IMG/VR virus record: IMGVR_UViG_3300027581_000001
Reading direction: 5' to 3' (one strand)
DNA from: an uncultured virus (IMG/VR IMGVR_UViG_3300027581_000001)
Taxonomy: Duplodnaviria; Heunggongvirae; Uroviricota; Caudoviricetes; Kyanoviridae
Length of the DNA: 63,459 nt
Shown here piece by piece: positions 17,192-27,137 of this stretch (the stretch's first letter is position 1; each line of letters starts with the position of its first letter). The notes under the pieces are model-generated. The model had not been told where the DNA came from. It ran no database searches and was given only the letters and a program-made list of their open reading frames with translations. The position numbers were made by a program, and so were the translations under genes.

Positions 17192-18607
17192 TCACATAAG
17201 ATTCTTAACCGCAACTCTACGGTAGTAACGGTTTGCATTAACTGTAAGACCACCAAGTCCTTGGTTAGTTCCCTCAGCGAATGGGTTTGCAACCATACCG
17301 TAACGAGTCTTAAAGCCAATTTTAGGCTGGAAGTTGTTCTCACCAACGGCACGAACCATTTGGAGAGGAACATAAGGACAATAGAACAGTCCAGCATCAT
17401 AAGGTGAAGAACCCTTATAACCAACAACATAATACTGATTACCTGGAGTTCCGTTAGCGGTAGTTAGGTTAGCAGAATATGGGTCGATGTAGACCTTGAA
17501 TTTGCCCATCAAAGTACCAGCAAAAGTGCTGCCGGTATCATCAACGTTCAGATTGCTGTTAAGAGCAGGGGTGTAGTCAAGAACACCAGCCATGGTCAAT
17601 GCTGAAGCAACGTCAGCAGAGCACATAACGGTGTTGCCCTTTCCACGACGAGTTCTTTGTGCGATTGCATTGGCATCACGCTCAATCTGGAACAGAAGAC
17701 CTTTGAACTTCTCAACTGACCAACGACCGTTGGAGTCAATATCGAGGTCAAAAATACCTGCAGTAGCAGTGTTTTGAACTGCACCTTGCTCAGCAACCTT
17801 ATAGACGGTTCTGATAACTTCACGGTTGATTTCAGCAAGAATCTCAGTTGAGAGAATGTTTGCCAATTCCGCTTCAGCATTCAGGCCATGGATTGCCTTA
17901 AGGTCTTGTGCAAGTTCTAATGAATACTCAGCCTTGAGTGCTCTTGACTTTGCAGTAACAGTAACTTTCTCAATTGAGAACGCCATCTGATTGAAGGCAT
18001 CAGAACCTGTGCCATCAAGGTTCTCAGCAGAATCCGTGCGTAAACCTTGACCTACGTTATAGGCAGTAGAAGTAGCAGTACCAACAGGGTTTAAAACTGA
18101 GGGATTAACACCACCTTGGGCAGTGGTACCAATACCAGCAGCAGTATCACTGAATCCAGCAGCATCGTCACGACCAGCAGGTTGACCAGAGAACGCCGAA
18201 TCAGCTTCGTTGAAGAATGCTTCAGTACCGGACTGATTAACATAACGTGAACGCATTGCAAAGATGAGTCCAGTAGGACCACTCATTGGTTGAACGCCTG
18301 CGATATCATAGGCGATCAAATTAGGCATTGAACGTCTGATCAATGAGATCAGAACTGGATCGAAACCTGCGGTAGGGCCAGCAGCTGCTGATGCTCCAGT
18401 AAATCCACCGTTACCAACAGAGTTGGTTGGTGCTTCTGTCAGGAATGAACCTGCAGTTTCGAAAGAGGATTGCTCTCTTAAAAATCTTTCTTGGTTTTCT
18501 AACAGGACTGCGGTTACAGCTCTACGATGTGAATCTTTGATTGAATCAAGACCCTCATAATTGAGAAGAGGTGCCCACTTTTCCTGCAGATGCTCTGATT
18601 GAAACAT
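17192..18607 (-). CDS. gp23: Major capsid protein
   Basis: LLENQE, GVQPM.GPTGLIFAMR, KSRALKAEYS.ELAQDLKA.HGL, FQPKIGFKTRYG. Confidence 0.98.
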   Translation of the reverse strand: MFQSEHLQEKWAPLLNYEGLDSIKDSHRRAVTAVLLENQERFLREQSSFETAGSFLTEAPTNSVGNGGFTGASAAAGPTAGFDPVLISLIRRSMPNLIAYDIAGVQPMSGPTGLIFAMRSRYVNQSGTEAFFNEADSAFSGQPAGRDDAAGFSDTAAGIGTTAQGGVNPSVLNPVGTATSTAYNVGQGLRTDSAENLDGTGSDAFNQMAFSIEKVTVTAKSRALKAEYSLELAQDLKAIHGLNAEAELANILSTEILAEINREVIRTVYKVAEQGAVQNTATAGIFDLDIDSNGRWSVEKFKGLLFQIERDANAIAQRTRRGKGNTVMCSADVASALTMAGVLDYTPALNSNLNVDDTGSTFAGTLMGKFKVYIDPYSANLTTANGTPGNQYYVVGYKGSSPYDAGLFYCPYVPLQMVRAVGENNFQPKIGFKTRYGMVANPFAEGTNQGLGGLTVNANRYYRRVAVKNLM

Positions 18608-18663
18608 TTGCTTTTACCTTTGTTAAGTGTTTGTTTGTTTGGTTTGAATTATATTAAATTCAA

Positions 18664-19848
18664 TTATTTGCTGAATGCTGAAAGAGTCTTTAAATAACTA
18701 GCCATTGAACCTGAATAAGATTCTGGTGCAGCATCTAATCCTTCAGACAAGGTTTCAGTTCTTGCGGAAGGAGAAACTCCTCTCGAAGGAAAATATGATT
18801 CCCTCAATGTCTCCAACTTTTCACGATATTGTGACTCACTTTCAAACTCTACACTTTGGGAAAGTGAGGCGAGCTTGTCTTTCTGAGTGTCTGCAAGACC
18901 CTCGGAAATTTGATCAAAGATTCCATCAGCAACCGACTCTGAAAGACGCTTGTTGAGTGAAATATTTTTTTCGATTTGCTCGTTGAGTTTTGTCTCCATT
19001 TCATCAAGTTTTTCTACCATACTCTCGATGACATTATATTTTTCTTCAGGGATTGATACATAATGTTCTTCAAAAAGACCTCTCATCCCTTGAAGGAATG
19101 ATTCAGTCATTTCAGTTTTAAGTCCGTGCTCGATTGAAAGTGCATTTTCAGAAATCCACTCGTCAGCAACATACTCAAGGTATGCATCAACACGATCTGC
19201 AAGTTCAGTCTTAATTTCTTCGACTTCCTCTGCAAGAACATTGGAATACTGTTTTTCAAGAGATTCTCTAATTTGAGAAACTTTTGAACGAATAGCAGCC
19301 TCGAAGATTGTTTTTGCTTTTTCTTGGAACTCTTCAGAAAGATCCTCACCAGCAAGGAGAGCATTAACATCTTCGTCAATGTCAAACTCTTCTTTTACTT
19401 CTTCGTCTTCGTCATCTTCTTCATCATCCTCTTCTTTTTTATTCTTCTTACTCTTTTTATGAGTTTCTTTATCCTCTTCGTCCTCTTCTTCATCATGCAT
19501 TTCTTCTTCAATAAAATCTTCGTCTTGAAGATCTTCTTCTTCTTTCACTGCTTCAGCAGGTTTTGCACCTTTATTAACAACATCTCTAACTTGCTTAAGA
19601 GTTGTGCCTGGTGTTTTCAGTTTTGCTGAATCATCATCTGGTTTATAGTTTTCTGGGGTAGGACCACCAAGATCCTCATATGATCCAGTTTGACCTGGTG
19701 TTGATCCAGAAAGACTTGGAGTTGGATCAGGAGCAGATGCTCCTGAGTTCACAGCAGTCTTGGATTGTGTTGCTCCACTTCCCGCACCACCACCTTGTCC
19801 AGGTGTAGAAGCAGATTCCATTTCTTGTAATTGTTTTCCACGAGACAT
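18664..19848 (-). CDS. gp22: Prohead core scaffolding protein
   Basis: LSEEF.EKAKTIFEAA and VDAYLEYVADEW; acidic coiled coil upstream of gp23. Confidence 0.93.
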   Translation of the reverse strand: MSRGKQLQEMESASTPGQGGGAGSGATQSKTAVNSGASAPDPTPSLSGSTPGQTGSYEDLGGPTPENYKPDDDSAKLKTPGTTLKQVRDVVNKGAKPAEAVKEEEDLQDEDFIEEEMHDEEEDEEDKETHKKSKKNKKEEDDEEDDEDEEVKEEFDIDEDVNALLAGEDLSEEFQEKAKTIFEAAIRSKVSQIRESLEKQYSNVLAEEVEEIKTELADRVDAYLEYVADEWISENALSIEHGLKTEMTESFLQGMRGLFEEHYVSIPEEKYNVIESMVEKLDEMETKLNEQIEKNISLNKRLSESVADGIFDQISEGLADTQKDKLASLSQSVEFESESQYREKLETLRESYFPSRGVSPSARTETLSEGLDAAPESYSGSMASYLKTLSAFSK

Positions 19849-19882
19849 TTGAACTCTCCGTATTGTTCCTGTAGTAAATCTA

Positions 19883-19894
19883 TATTTATTTATA
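19883..19894 (-). promoter_or_regulatory. T4-type late promoter (TATAAATA) upstream of gp22
   Basis: Minus strand TATAAATAAATA. Confidence 0.75.
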
Positions 19895-19915
19895 ACTTAA
19901 TTGAATTACAATAAA

Positions 19916-20566
19916 TTATAATGAATTTAAGAACTCATTAAACACTGATAACTTATATTCTTCAAGAACACCTTGATCAACAAGAGTGTTAATTTTTCTA
20001 TAAGATTTTTCTGCTGCTTTCTCTCTTAAGAGACCACCATCCCAACACCATTCCTTTCCTTCCATAATTCCTTGAACAAATGCATCGGGTGCGGAAGGAT
20101 CGGCAACGATATCAGCAGCAGTTGCTAACATAAAATCTTCACCAACTTCTTTATATCCTTTGTTGTTTTCTCTAAGTGAACCAATACCACGAGAAGAAAC
20201 ACCAAGAGTTACTCCATCTTTTAGAAGAGACTCAGCAATTTTTCCCATTGGTGTGGAGAGAATTTGTGCTTTTCCAACAAAATTATTACCATCACGAAAA
20301 AGTTCTGTAATTCTGTGAGAAACTCTATCGAGATTTACAGTAGGTCCATCTGGATGCCCAAGTTCTCCAAGAGCACGTCCTTTTTGAATATATTGCTCAT
20401 TGTAACGATTTACTTCACGTTCCATAATAGACATGGGGTACATGCGTCCATTACGATTCACAGTTTCTGCTTGAAGGAATGGTCCTTTGATATAAAGTCT
20501 TGTTGACTTGCCAGTTCCTTCAATAATAACTTCTACTTTTTCGATTTCTTCTCTGATGAGTTTCAT
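19916..20566 (-). CDS. gp21: Prohead protease
   Basis: NRNGRMY, ALGELGHP, GVSSRG.GS and DIVADPSAPDAFV. Confidence 0.96.
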   Translation of the reverse strand: MKLIREEIEKVEVIIEGTGKSTRLYIKGPFLQAETVNRNGRMYPMSIMEREVNRYNEQYIQKGRALGELGHPDGPTVNLDRVSHRITELFRDGNNFVGKAQILSTPMGKIAESLLKDGVTLGVSSRGIGSLRENNKGYKEVGEDFMLATAADIVADPSAPDAFVQGIMEGKEWCWDGGLLREKAAEKSYRKINTLVDQGVLEEYKLSVFNEFLNSL

Positions 20567-21111
20567 TATGCTTGATTGGTAAGTTGAACTTGTTGATAAT
20601 AAAGAGTTCCTGCACCAACACCGTATGCAGAAACTTTATTTGCAGTCACAACAGATGCATTTGGTGAACTAAATGCGGTTAAAATTCCACTTGAATTATA
20701 ATTCACAGTCATTCTTGTCTGGAAAAAACCGTTTACTCCAGAGGATGTGTCAACTGAGAGAACTTCTGCAGAAGTAAAATTATGATAAGTTGAACCTGAC
20801 AGTGTTACGTAATCTCCAACACCAAAAGGAAGTTGAGTTCCTTCTGGACAAGTAAGAACTGTTGAAGTGCCGGTTGTAACTCCAACAATGCTATTTGATG
20901 CTTTCGTGAGAGCAAGAGTTACTGTTCCTCCAGCTGGAACAAAGTAGTCGGCAGTAGTTGCTGATGGAGTTCCTCCAACTGCAATGTGAGCAGCAGCACC
21001 AACTGCAACAACTCTAATAGTGTCTGATTTAACAGAAAACGCAGATGAAGTTGTCGTTGTTGCTGTTGAAAAATTAAATGAGGCTCCAACGCCAACTGGT
21101 CTATGAGTCAT
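20566..21111 (-). CDS. Hypothetical, probably virion-associated protein
   Basis: ORF track; Thr/Ser/Gly-rich; in the head cluster with AATAAATA upstream. Confidence 0.75.
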   Translation of the reverse strand: MTHRPVGVGASFNFSTATTTTSSAFSVKSDTIRVVAVGAAAHIAVGGTPSATTADYFVPAGGTVTLALTKASNSIVGVTTGTSTVLTCPEGTQLPFGVGDYVTLSGSTYHNFTSAEVLSVDTSSGVNGFFQTRMTVNYNSSGILTAFSSPNASVVTANKVSAYGVGAGTLYYQQVQLTNQA

Positions 21112-21145
21112 TATTTTATTAGATACACTTTTATCTATTTATTGA

Positions 21146-21313
21146 TTAATCTTCCTCAGCACTTTTCTCCTCAGTATCAAACATTGAGTTTGCTACAAAA
21201 GGTCTAAATTCATCAATTTTTCCTGATGCTTTTGCAAACAAAAGTTCTTTAATCTTATCACTAATCTGTGAAGGGGACTCATCAGAAGCAATCATGTCCA
21301 TTAAATCATCCAT
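21146..21313 (-). CDS. Small acidic protein after the portal gene (positional analogue of T4 gp67)
   Basis: Manual translation MDDLMDMIASDESPSQISDKIKELLFAKASGKIDEFRPFVANSMFDTEEKSAEED*. Confidence 0.75.
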   Translation of the reverse strand: MDDLMDMIASDESPSQISDKIKELLFAKASGKIDEFRPFVANSMFDTEEKSAEED

Positions 21314-21348
21314 ATTTTTAAATTAATCAAGTTAATCAATGTTATTTA

Positions 21349-23025
21349 TTAAATCTCACCACCTTTAGGAATTTCTGCTATTTTTCCATTAACTTCAGTT
21401 GCAGATCCATTAATTTCTGGTTCCATTACTGGTTGTCCCAAGTCCATTGAAGCAGTTCCTGAATCAAGTGGCGCGCCAGTTGCTGGATCTATTGGAATAT
21501 TTGGATCAGGAATAATACCATCTTTGATTTCTTTTTTAATTATTCTATCCTGATCGATGATTTCTTCATCAGTTTGACGAAGAATTTTGCGTCTTAGGTA
21601 ATCTTGTGAAAAATATTTACCAATATATGGCTCAGCTGTTGCGACCATTGCAAGTCTTTCATTTAACAGTTCTGCATCTTTAAGTTCTGAAAAATGATTA
21701 TCATATAAAAAGTCATACTGAATATGCTCTTCCATCATACTCCAGTCTTCTGGAGTAATGACATTTTTAAGAATTAATTGCGTTTTCAGCATGTCATGGA
21801 ACATGTATGAAAATCTTTTTCTAAGACGAGCAACAAACTTGGTAAATTTCACTTCGTCTCTTAGAATTTCTGAAGAACGACCGAGATTAAATCCACCTTC
21901 ACCATCCATTCTTGATGGTGGAACATTTAATGATCTGAAAAGTTTTTTCTTAAAATATTCAATGTCGGTGATTTCACCAAGATTCTGTCCACCTGGGAGT
22001 GTGGTGATTTCAGTTCCTCTACCACCTTCACGACGAGGTAACCAGAAATCTTCAAGCATTGACATATATTTCTTATCGTCACGAATTTCACCAGTTTGTG
22101 CATCATAAACTAGTTTGTTACGATATCTCATCATAACATCACGAAGATATTGTTCTGCCTTCACTTTGGGAAGATTGCCAACATCAATATAAAAAATTCT
22201 TCTTTCAGGAGCACGAGATAATCTATAGATAACCAAAGAATCCTCAATCATCCTAAGTTGATTAAGAGATTTAATTGCTTTGTGAAGATATGAAAGAGTA
22301 TTTCCTTTATTTCTATCTACAAGACCTGAAGTACAATATGTGATAGAATCTTTTGTCATTTTGACTCCAGCATTCCCACCAAAACCAGATGGATCTCCTG
22401 AAGTATAGCTTGCTTTTGGAGTATAAATGAAGTACTCCTCTATTTCAGGAAACTCATAGTCCATTGGATTATCACTTCTAATATTTGCCAGTCTATACTT
22501 ATCTCTTTCACTTTTTTTCTGTTGCTTTACATATTTCATTTTAAGTGGATCTATATAACGCAACTCTTGAATTCCTTCATGAGGACTCTTTAAATCAATT
22601 ACTTTATGATAAAATATTCTTCCGTCTACATACCAATTTCTATAAATCTCATGAGATTTTTTGTCAAAGTCCAATAAAGATAAAATATATTTAAACTCTT
22701 CTCTTATTTTTTTCTTAATTCCGTCACTTGCATTTAAGTGGGATAACTCAATTTGAATCGGAGAATCATTTGAGTCTGATACAATAGCTTCATTTACGAT
22801 GTCTTCAATCGCACTATCACACTCTGGGTGCAGTGACATTTCACGATATCTTTTAAGTAAATCTTGTTCTGTTTTATAAACACCTTCTATATCAAGAGAC
22901 GTACCAAAAAAACCACTACTCATATAGTGGTCATTCCCGTCCTCGGTATTAGGAGGAACGGGAGAGACTACTCCAGGAGATAGTGGTTCAGTGTCTTCAA
23001 TAGAAAACCCAAAAAGTTTTGCCAT
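21349..23025 (-). CDS. gp20: Portal vertex protein
   Basis: WYVDGR, IYRLSRAPERRIFYIDVGNLPK.KAEQY, EDFWLPRREGGRGTEI. Confidence 0.98.
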   Translation of the reverse strand: MAKLFGFSIEDTEPLSPGVVSPVPPNTEDGNDHYMSSGFFGTSLDIEGVYKTEQDLLKRYREMSLHPECDSAIEDIVNEAIVSDSNDSPIQIELSHLNASDGIKKKIREEFKYILSLLDFDKKSHEIYRNWYVDGRIFYHKVIDLKSPHEGIQELRYIDPLKMKYVKQQKKSERDKYRLANIRSDNPMDYEFPEIEEYFIYTPKASYTSGDPSGFGGNAGVKMTKDSITYCTSGLVDRNKGNTLSYLHKAIKSLNQLRMIEDSLVIYRLSRAPERRIFYIDVGNLPKVKAEQYLRDVMMRYRNKLVYDAQTGEIRDDKKYMSMLEDFWLPRREGGRGTEITTLPGGQNLGEITDIEYFKKKLFRSLNVPPSRMDGEGGFNLGRSSEILRDEVKFTKFVARLRKRFSYMFHDMLKTQLILKNVITPEDWSMMEEHIQYDFLYDNHFSELKDAELLNERLAMVATAEPYIGKYFSQDYLRRKILRQTDEEIIDQDRIIKKEIKDGIIPDPNIPIDPATGAPLDSGTASMDLGQPVMEPEINGSATEVNGKIAEIPKGGEI

Positions 23026-23060
23026 AATTTATTTAAATTTTTTGATCTTTTACCTATTTA

Positions 23061-23648
23061 TTAAGCCTTTGCTGCCGTAGATCCACTGATAAGTTCGAAA
23101 GATTGAACTTGGAATTCAACTGTAAATTCCTCAATCGTATCCCCACTGTCATAAGACAAGTCAATAGCAGAAACTGCTGTTGGAAAAATATCAACAAAGT
23201 TATATGATGCCAAAATAGAACTATCTGCTCCTGCATTAGTTGTGCTGTTAACAGTAGATCCTCTTCCAAGTTGATGAACAGTTGCATTGCTCATATAAGA
23301 AGATGGGTTTGTTGCTCCCAGGTTATTATCAAGTTTTGCTATTAGCTCCATCCAAGCTTCAAATGATCTGCGGAGTTTGAAATCCTCATCATTAATAACA
23401 GTTACAGTCCAAACATCAATAGATCTGTCTCCAGCAACTTTGAATGTTCTTCCTCTAAATGGAACATCGATACTAGCAATAGTAGAGGCAGGTAAATTTG
23501 CTGCCTTACAAAGATACTTAAATGTATCAGCATCCCATCCAGCAATTGAGGCTGGAAAAGTTGTCAGTTCAACCTCAAATAGATTGGGTCTTGCACCACC
23601 ACCAGCTAAGGTGCTTTTAAATTCTGAAATTGTTTTGAGTCTTGCCAC
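23061..23648 (-). CDS. gp19: Tail tube protein
   Basis: GGGARPNLFEV, FRGR..KVAGDR, W.VTVIND; GTG start with GGAGG RBS. Confidence 0.95.
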   Translation of the reverse strand: MARLKTISEFKSTLAGGGARPNLFEVELTTFPASIAGWDADTFKYLCKAANLPASTIASIDVPFRGRTFKVAGDRSIDVWTVTVINDEDFKLRRSFEAWMELIAKLDNNLGATNPSSYMSNATVHQLGRGSTVNSTTNAGADSSILASYNFVDIFPTAVSAIDLSYDSGDTIEEFTVEFQVQSFELISGSTAAKA

Positions 23649-23683
23649 TTTTAGTTACCTCCTTGTGTTATTTATTATAATAA

Positions 23684-25897
23684 TTAAACAGTACCAGCAA
23701 CTTCTTCAAAACTCACTCCTGTGCGAGTTGCAACAAATGTTAGTGTTACAAAGTTGATAGATTTTGCAGGTTTCAGGAAGATATCTGCCCTAAACTCATT
23801 GTTATCAATAACATCGGGAGTATTGTTTGTTTTATCGCAAACAACTAGGAAACCAAAAAGACCTCTTTTTGCTTGAACATCACGAAGATATGGTTCAACA
23901 ATGTTTCTAAAGTTTGCTCTTGTTAACTCATCGTTAAGTTCGAATAGTTGTGCTTCTGCAGATTTCTGAAGTGCTTGTTGAATTGTAAGGAACAAACGAC
24001 GAACGTTAATTCTATCAAAAGCAGAGGCATATCCAAGAGCAGTTTTGTCTCCAAAAAGAAGAGTGCCAATTCCTGGTTGTGTTATTATTGAGTTAATTCT
24101 TTGTGGATAGAGTTGATCTCTTTGTGCTTTACTTGGATTATATGCAAGTTTAATTGCATTATTCAAAATTCCACGTTGTTGTCCTGCAGGAGAGAACCAT
24201 GGATAAGCAACAATATTAGTGCGAGTCATTAAACCAGCAACGTCAGCATTACAAGGAATATAAACAAATTTATTATTAAATCTGTCATAGGTGTACTTGT
24301 ATCCACTATCAAATATTGCATATGATGAAGATGAAAGTGTACTGAAGTACTTGATTAGATTAGTTGTTTGTGTTGTTGTGTTTGTGACACCAACTAAATC
24401 GGCCTTGTGAGCTCCAATTGTTGCAACACAATCCTTTCTTGCATTTGCAAGAGAGATTAAGAATCCTGCTTTTGCTTGAGTATCAGTTAGTGTGTCCATT
24501 GAAGGACCCATAATAATGTAATCTGCTTGAACCTCGTCTTTATTACTAAAGAGACTATATGATGTTATTAAATCACCAAGAGTTGCCTTCATTCCACCAA
24601 AAGCAGAATAATCAACACCACCTGCCAAAGTATAAGTTTTATTTCCAATTGCAGCAAATGTAACACTTTGTGCAGGTTGCCCCCATAGTCCGTCTCCGGT
24701 GGTGACTTTAGTAAAACCAGTAGAGAATCCAGTTACTATTGGAGTAGTTCCGTGATATGAATCAGCAGCATTTGAAGGATTTCCACCAGCATAAATTTGT
24801 GATGAAAAATCTGCAAGGTAGTCTTCATACCATATTTTCTGTGGAGAATTTACGGAAGATACTGCATCAACTGCCTTTGAAAGACCCAAATGTGTTTCTA
24901 AAAGTGTACCTATGTTTCCTGTAATTGTTCCTGTATCATCAACAACTACAATGTGAAGTCCATCACCATTCCCCTGTCTTTGATCTGTATACTGACTGGT
25001 GGTTGGTTTTGGTGCAAGTTCTCTCCAGAAAATTGTTGCATTAGTCAAACCAAGAGTTTGGTTCTCGTACCAATCAGAAATAGATGTTGGAGTTATTCCA
25101 GCAAGTCCCGTAGCATTTCCAGTAGCAATCCCCGAGTTATTAATAAAACGAATACTGCTTGAGGTTAAATATGATGCAGAAGTAGATCCTTCTCCATAAG
25201 TAATCTTCGTTTCTGTACCAGAAGTTGTACCTGCTGTAGAAACTCTTGATAGAATTTTTACATCAATACTGCTGTTGCCGTTTGTTGCATCAGTTGTAAC
25301 ACCGGTAATAATTCCCTTAAGAACTCCAGTAAATGATGTCGTTGATCCAGATCCCGCAATTGTAAGATTAGAAAGAACTGATGTAACTCCAAATCCAATC
25401 GTTGCACCAAGTGCTCCTGGGTTTGTTGTTGCAATACCAACAATTTGATCTGCAGCATCGTCAATGAAACAAACCTTTAATCCATTTGCCCAAGATCCAG
25501 GGTTTTTTGCTGCGTATGTATAATTTGTAGCCTCCTCATGATTACTAACATAATCATCGTAGTTATCAATTCTCAAAGCAGATGTAGAAGCTGCACCAAC
25601 ACCAGCATTAGCATTGTTTAATGTTGTTCCAGCAGTTCTAGCAACTTTAAGAACTCCACCATATGAAAGGAAGGCCGATGCGCTCATCCAGTACTCATAT
25701 TGGGAATCTGTTGAAAGTGGTTTGCCAAAAACACGAATCAAATCCTGTTCGGTTGATATATCAATTGGAAAGTCTACAGGACCGATTGGGAAAGGACCCG
25801 CAATCACTCCAATGTTATCTAAAACATTATCTGCTCTTCCTATTGTTAAATCAACCTCTCTGACGAGTACGCCTGGAGATAATTGAGGAGTCGCCAT
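23684..25897 (-). CDS. gp18: Contractile tail sheath protein
   Basis: SPGV.VREVD, WFSPAG, FDRINVRRLF, KPAKSINF. Confidence 0.97.
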   Translation of the reverse strand: MATPQLSPGVLVREVDLTIGRADNVLDNIGVIAGPFPIGPVDFPIDISTEQDLIRVFGKPLSTDSQYEYWMSASAFLSYGGVLKVARTAGTTLNNANAGVGAASTSALRIDNYDDYVSNHEEATNYTYAAKNPGSWANGLKVCFIDDAADQIVGIATTNPGALGATIGFGVTSVLSNLTIAGSGSTTSFTGVLKGIITGVTTDATNGNSSIDVKILSRVSTAGTTSGTETKITYGEGSTSASYLTSSSIRFINNSGIATGNATGLAGITPTSISDWYENQTLGLTNATIFWRELAPKPTTSQYTDQRQGNGDGLHIVVVDDTGTITGNIGTLLETHLGLSKAVDAVSSVNSPQKIWYEDYLADFSSQIYAGGNPSNAADSYHGTTPIVTGFSTGFTKVTTGDGLWGQPAQSVTFAAIGNKTYTLAGGVDYSAFGGMKATLGDLITSYSLFSNKDEVQADYIIMGPSMDTLTDTQAKAGFLISLANARKDCVATIGAHKADLVGVTNTTTQTTNLIKYFSTLSSSSYAIFDSGYKYTYDRFNNKFVYIPCNADVAGLMTRTNIVAYPWFSPAGQQRGILNNAIKLAYNPSKAQRDQLYPQRINSIITQPGIGTLLFGDKTALGYASAFDRINVRRLFLTIQQALQKSAEAQLFELNDELTRANFRNIVEPYLRDVQAKRGLFGFLVVCDKTNNTPDVIDNNEFRADIFLKPAKSINFVTLTFVATRTGVSFEEVAGTV

Positions 25898-25930
25898 TTT
25901 TTTCTCCGAAATTCTCTGTTTATCTGAAAG

Positions 25931-25998
25931 TATTTATTAAATAATTACTTTCCACTGGGGAAACATGACGTGAATATTACCAATCCAGATATTTGAAT
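25931..25998. repeat. Imperfect direct repeat copy B (gene 3' end plus late promoter)
   Basis: 25970-25998 matches 26882-26910 at 24/29 nt; the shared attacttt..act block and tatttat keep similar spacing. Confidence 0.6.
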
Positions 25999-26045
25999 GG
26001 CACAACCATCGATAGACATATTCGGAGGATGCTTTTATTATTCTT

Positions 26046-26420
26046 TTAGTTTGTCCAATCTGGTAATCCTACTTGAGTTTCCGGATTACGTTTTAATTGC
26101 ACTTCTCTGAGCAGTAAGTCATTAATTTCAGAAATAACTTTTGTACCAAGGTTCTCTTTAACCCAATCAATTACAATTTCTGGTGTTAATTGATCTAAGG
26201 GCACAAAACCATCTTGATTTGGGTAATCGGCAAAAATAACCTCTTTTAAATTTTCTCTTAAAGGATATTTCTGCAGCATTCCTGGATGATGAAGTAAAAT
26301 ATTCCCACCTGCTGAAGCAGTAGCATCTTGATCTTTTATTGATACTACATACTTAACTCTATACACTACATTAGTTTGAAGTGCCCATTCTAAACTTTTA
26401 ATTTCCCAATTTAATTCCAT
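26046..26420 (-). CDS. Hypothetical protein, paralogue of the adjacent gene
   Basis: Shares W.I..E, VV..V.Y, DY.NQ..FVP..QLTPEI.I.WV.E.LG and LK.NPE...GLP with 26472..26819. Confidence 0.8.
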   Translation of the reverse strand: MELNWEIKSLEWALQTNVVYRVKYVVSIKDQDATASAGGNILLHHPGMLQKYPLRENLKEVIFADYPNQDGFVPLDQLTPEIVIDWVKENLGTKVISEINDLLLREVQLKRNPETQVGLPDWTN

Positions 26421-26471
26421 GTTTGTTTTCTCTGAAATTTATTTTATTTGTAATGTGTGGATCCGTAATAC

Positions 26472-26819
26472 TTACTTCACGTAAGTGAAGGAAGACCAAG
26501 GCAATCCTTCTGCACTTTCAGGATTCTTTTTTAATTCCAATTGCTTTGACATTTTTTGATTAATATTAGAAACAGATTCTTTACCAAGAGATTCTTGAAC
26601 CCAACTAATTATAATTTCTGGTGTTAGTTGATTAAAGGGCACAAAATTCTCTTGATTTGCATAATCAGATAATGAAAATTTTCCTTTCAGAAGTTCAGTA
26701 GATCCAGATGCTGAAATGGTATTATCTCCATCTGTTTTGTATACTTCATAATTAACCTTAAAAACAACATCATCTGCTAATGATCTCTCTACATTTACAA
26801 TTTTCCATTCTAATGTCAT
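26472..26819 (-). CDS. Hypothetical protein, paralogue of the adjacent gene
   Basis: As above; TATAAATA and GGAG upstream. Confidence 0.8.
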   Translation of the reverse strand: MTLEWKIVNVERSLADDVVFKVNYEVYKTDGDNTISASGSTELLKGKFSLSDYANQENFVPFNQLTPEIIISWVQESLGKESVSNINQKMSKQLELKKNPESAEGLPWSSFTYVK

Positions 26820-26843
26820 AACAATCTCCGATACTTTAAATAT

Positions 26844-26910
26844 TATTTATACAAGATTACTTTTTACTAGAAAGAAAATCTGTGAGTATTACCAATCTGG
26901 ATATATGTAT
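26844..26910. repeat. Imperfect direct repeat copy A, including late promoter TATAAATA (26844-26851, minus strand)
   Basis: See copy B. Confidence 0.6.
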
Positions 26911-27137
26911 TCAATTAAAGATGATTTATTTTCTTTACTCTTATCTACTCTTTTTTTAGTACATTCTTTACACTCATAAGAATATGAAGATGCAACGGGT
27001 CCTCTATCTTTACGTGTTCTATAAAACTCTCCTATTAAATTTTTAACCTCTCTACAAACTCTACATTTTCTATCATTGAGTAACAGGTGACTTAATTTTA
27101 TTTGCTTATCAATTTCCATTACTACCTGTATTCCCAC
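26889..27137 (-). CDS. Small CxxC...CxxC zinc-finger protein
   Basis: CRVC and CKEC; probable start MEIDK at 27119. Confidence 0.75.
   Translation of the reverse strand: MGIQVVMEIDKQIKLSHLLLNDRKCRVCREVKNLIGEFYRTRKDRGPVASSYSYECKECTKKRVDKSKENKSSLIEYIYPDW

Noticed and set aside
17137..17430. 97-aa alternative-frame ORF overlapping the gp23 3' end (possible frameshift extension)
   Set aside because: No slippery site identified, and it runs through the terminator hairpin; similar off-frame ORFs occur all along gp23
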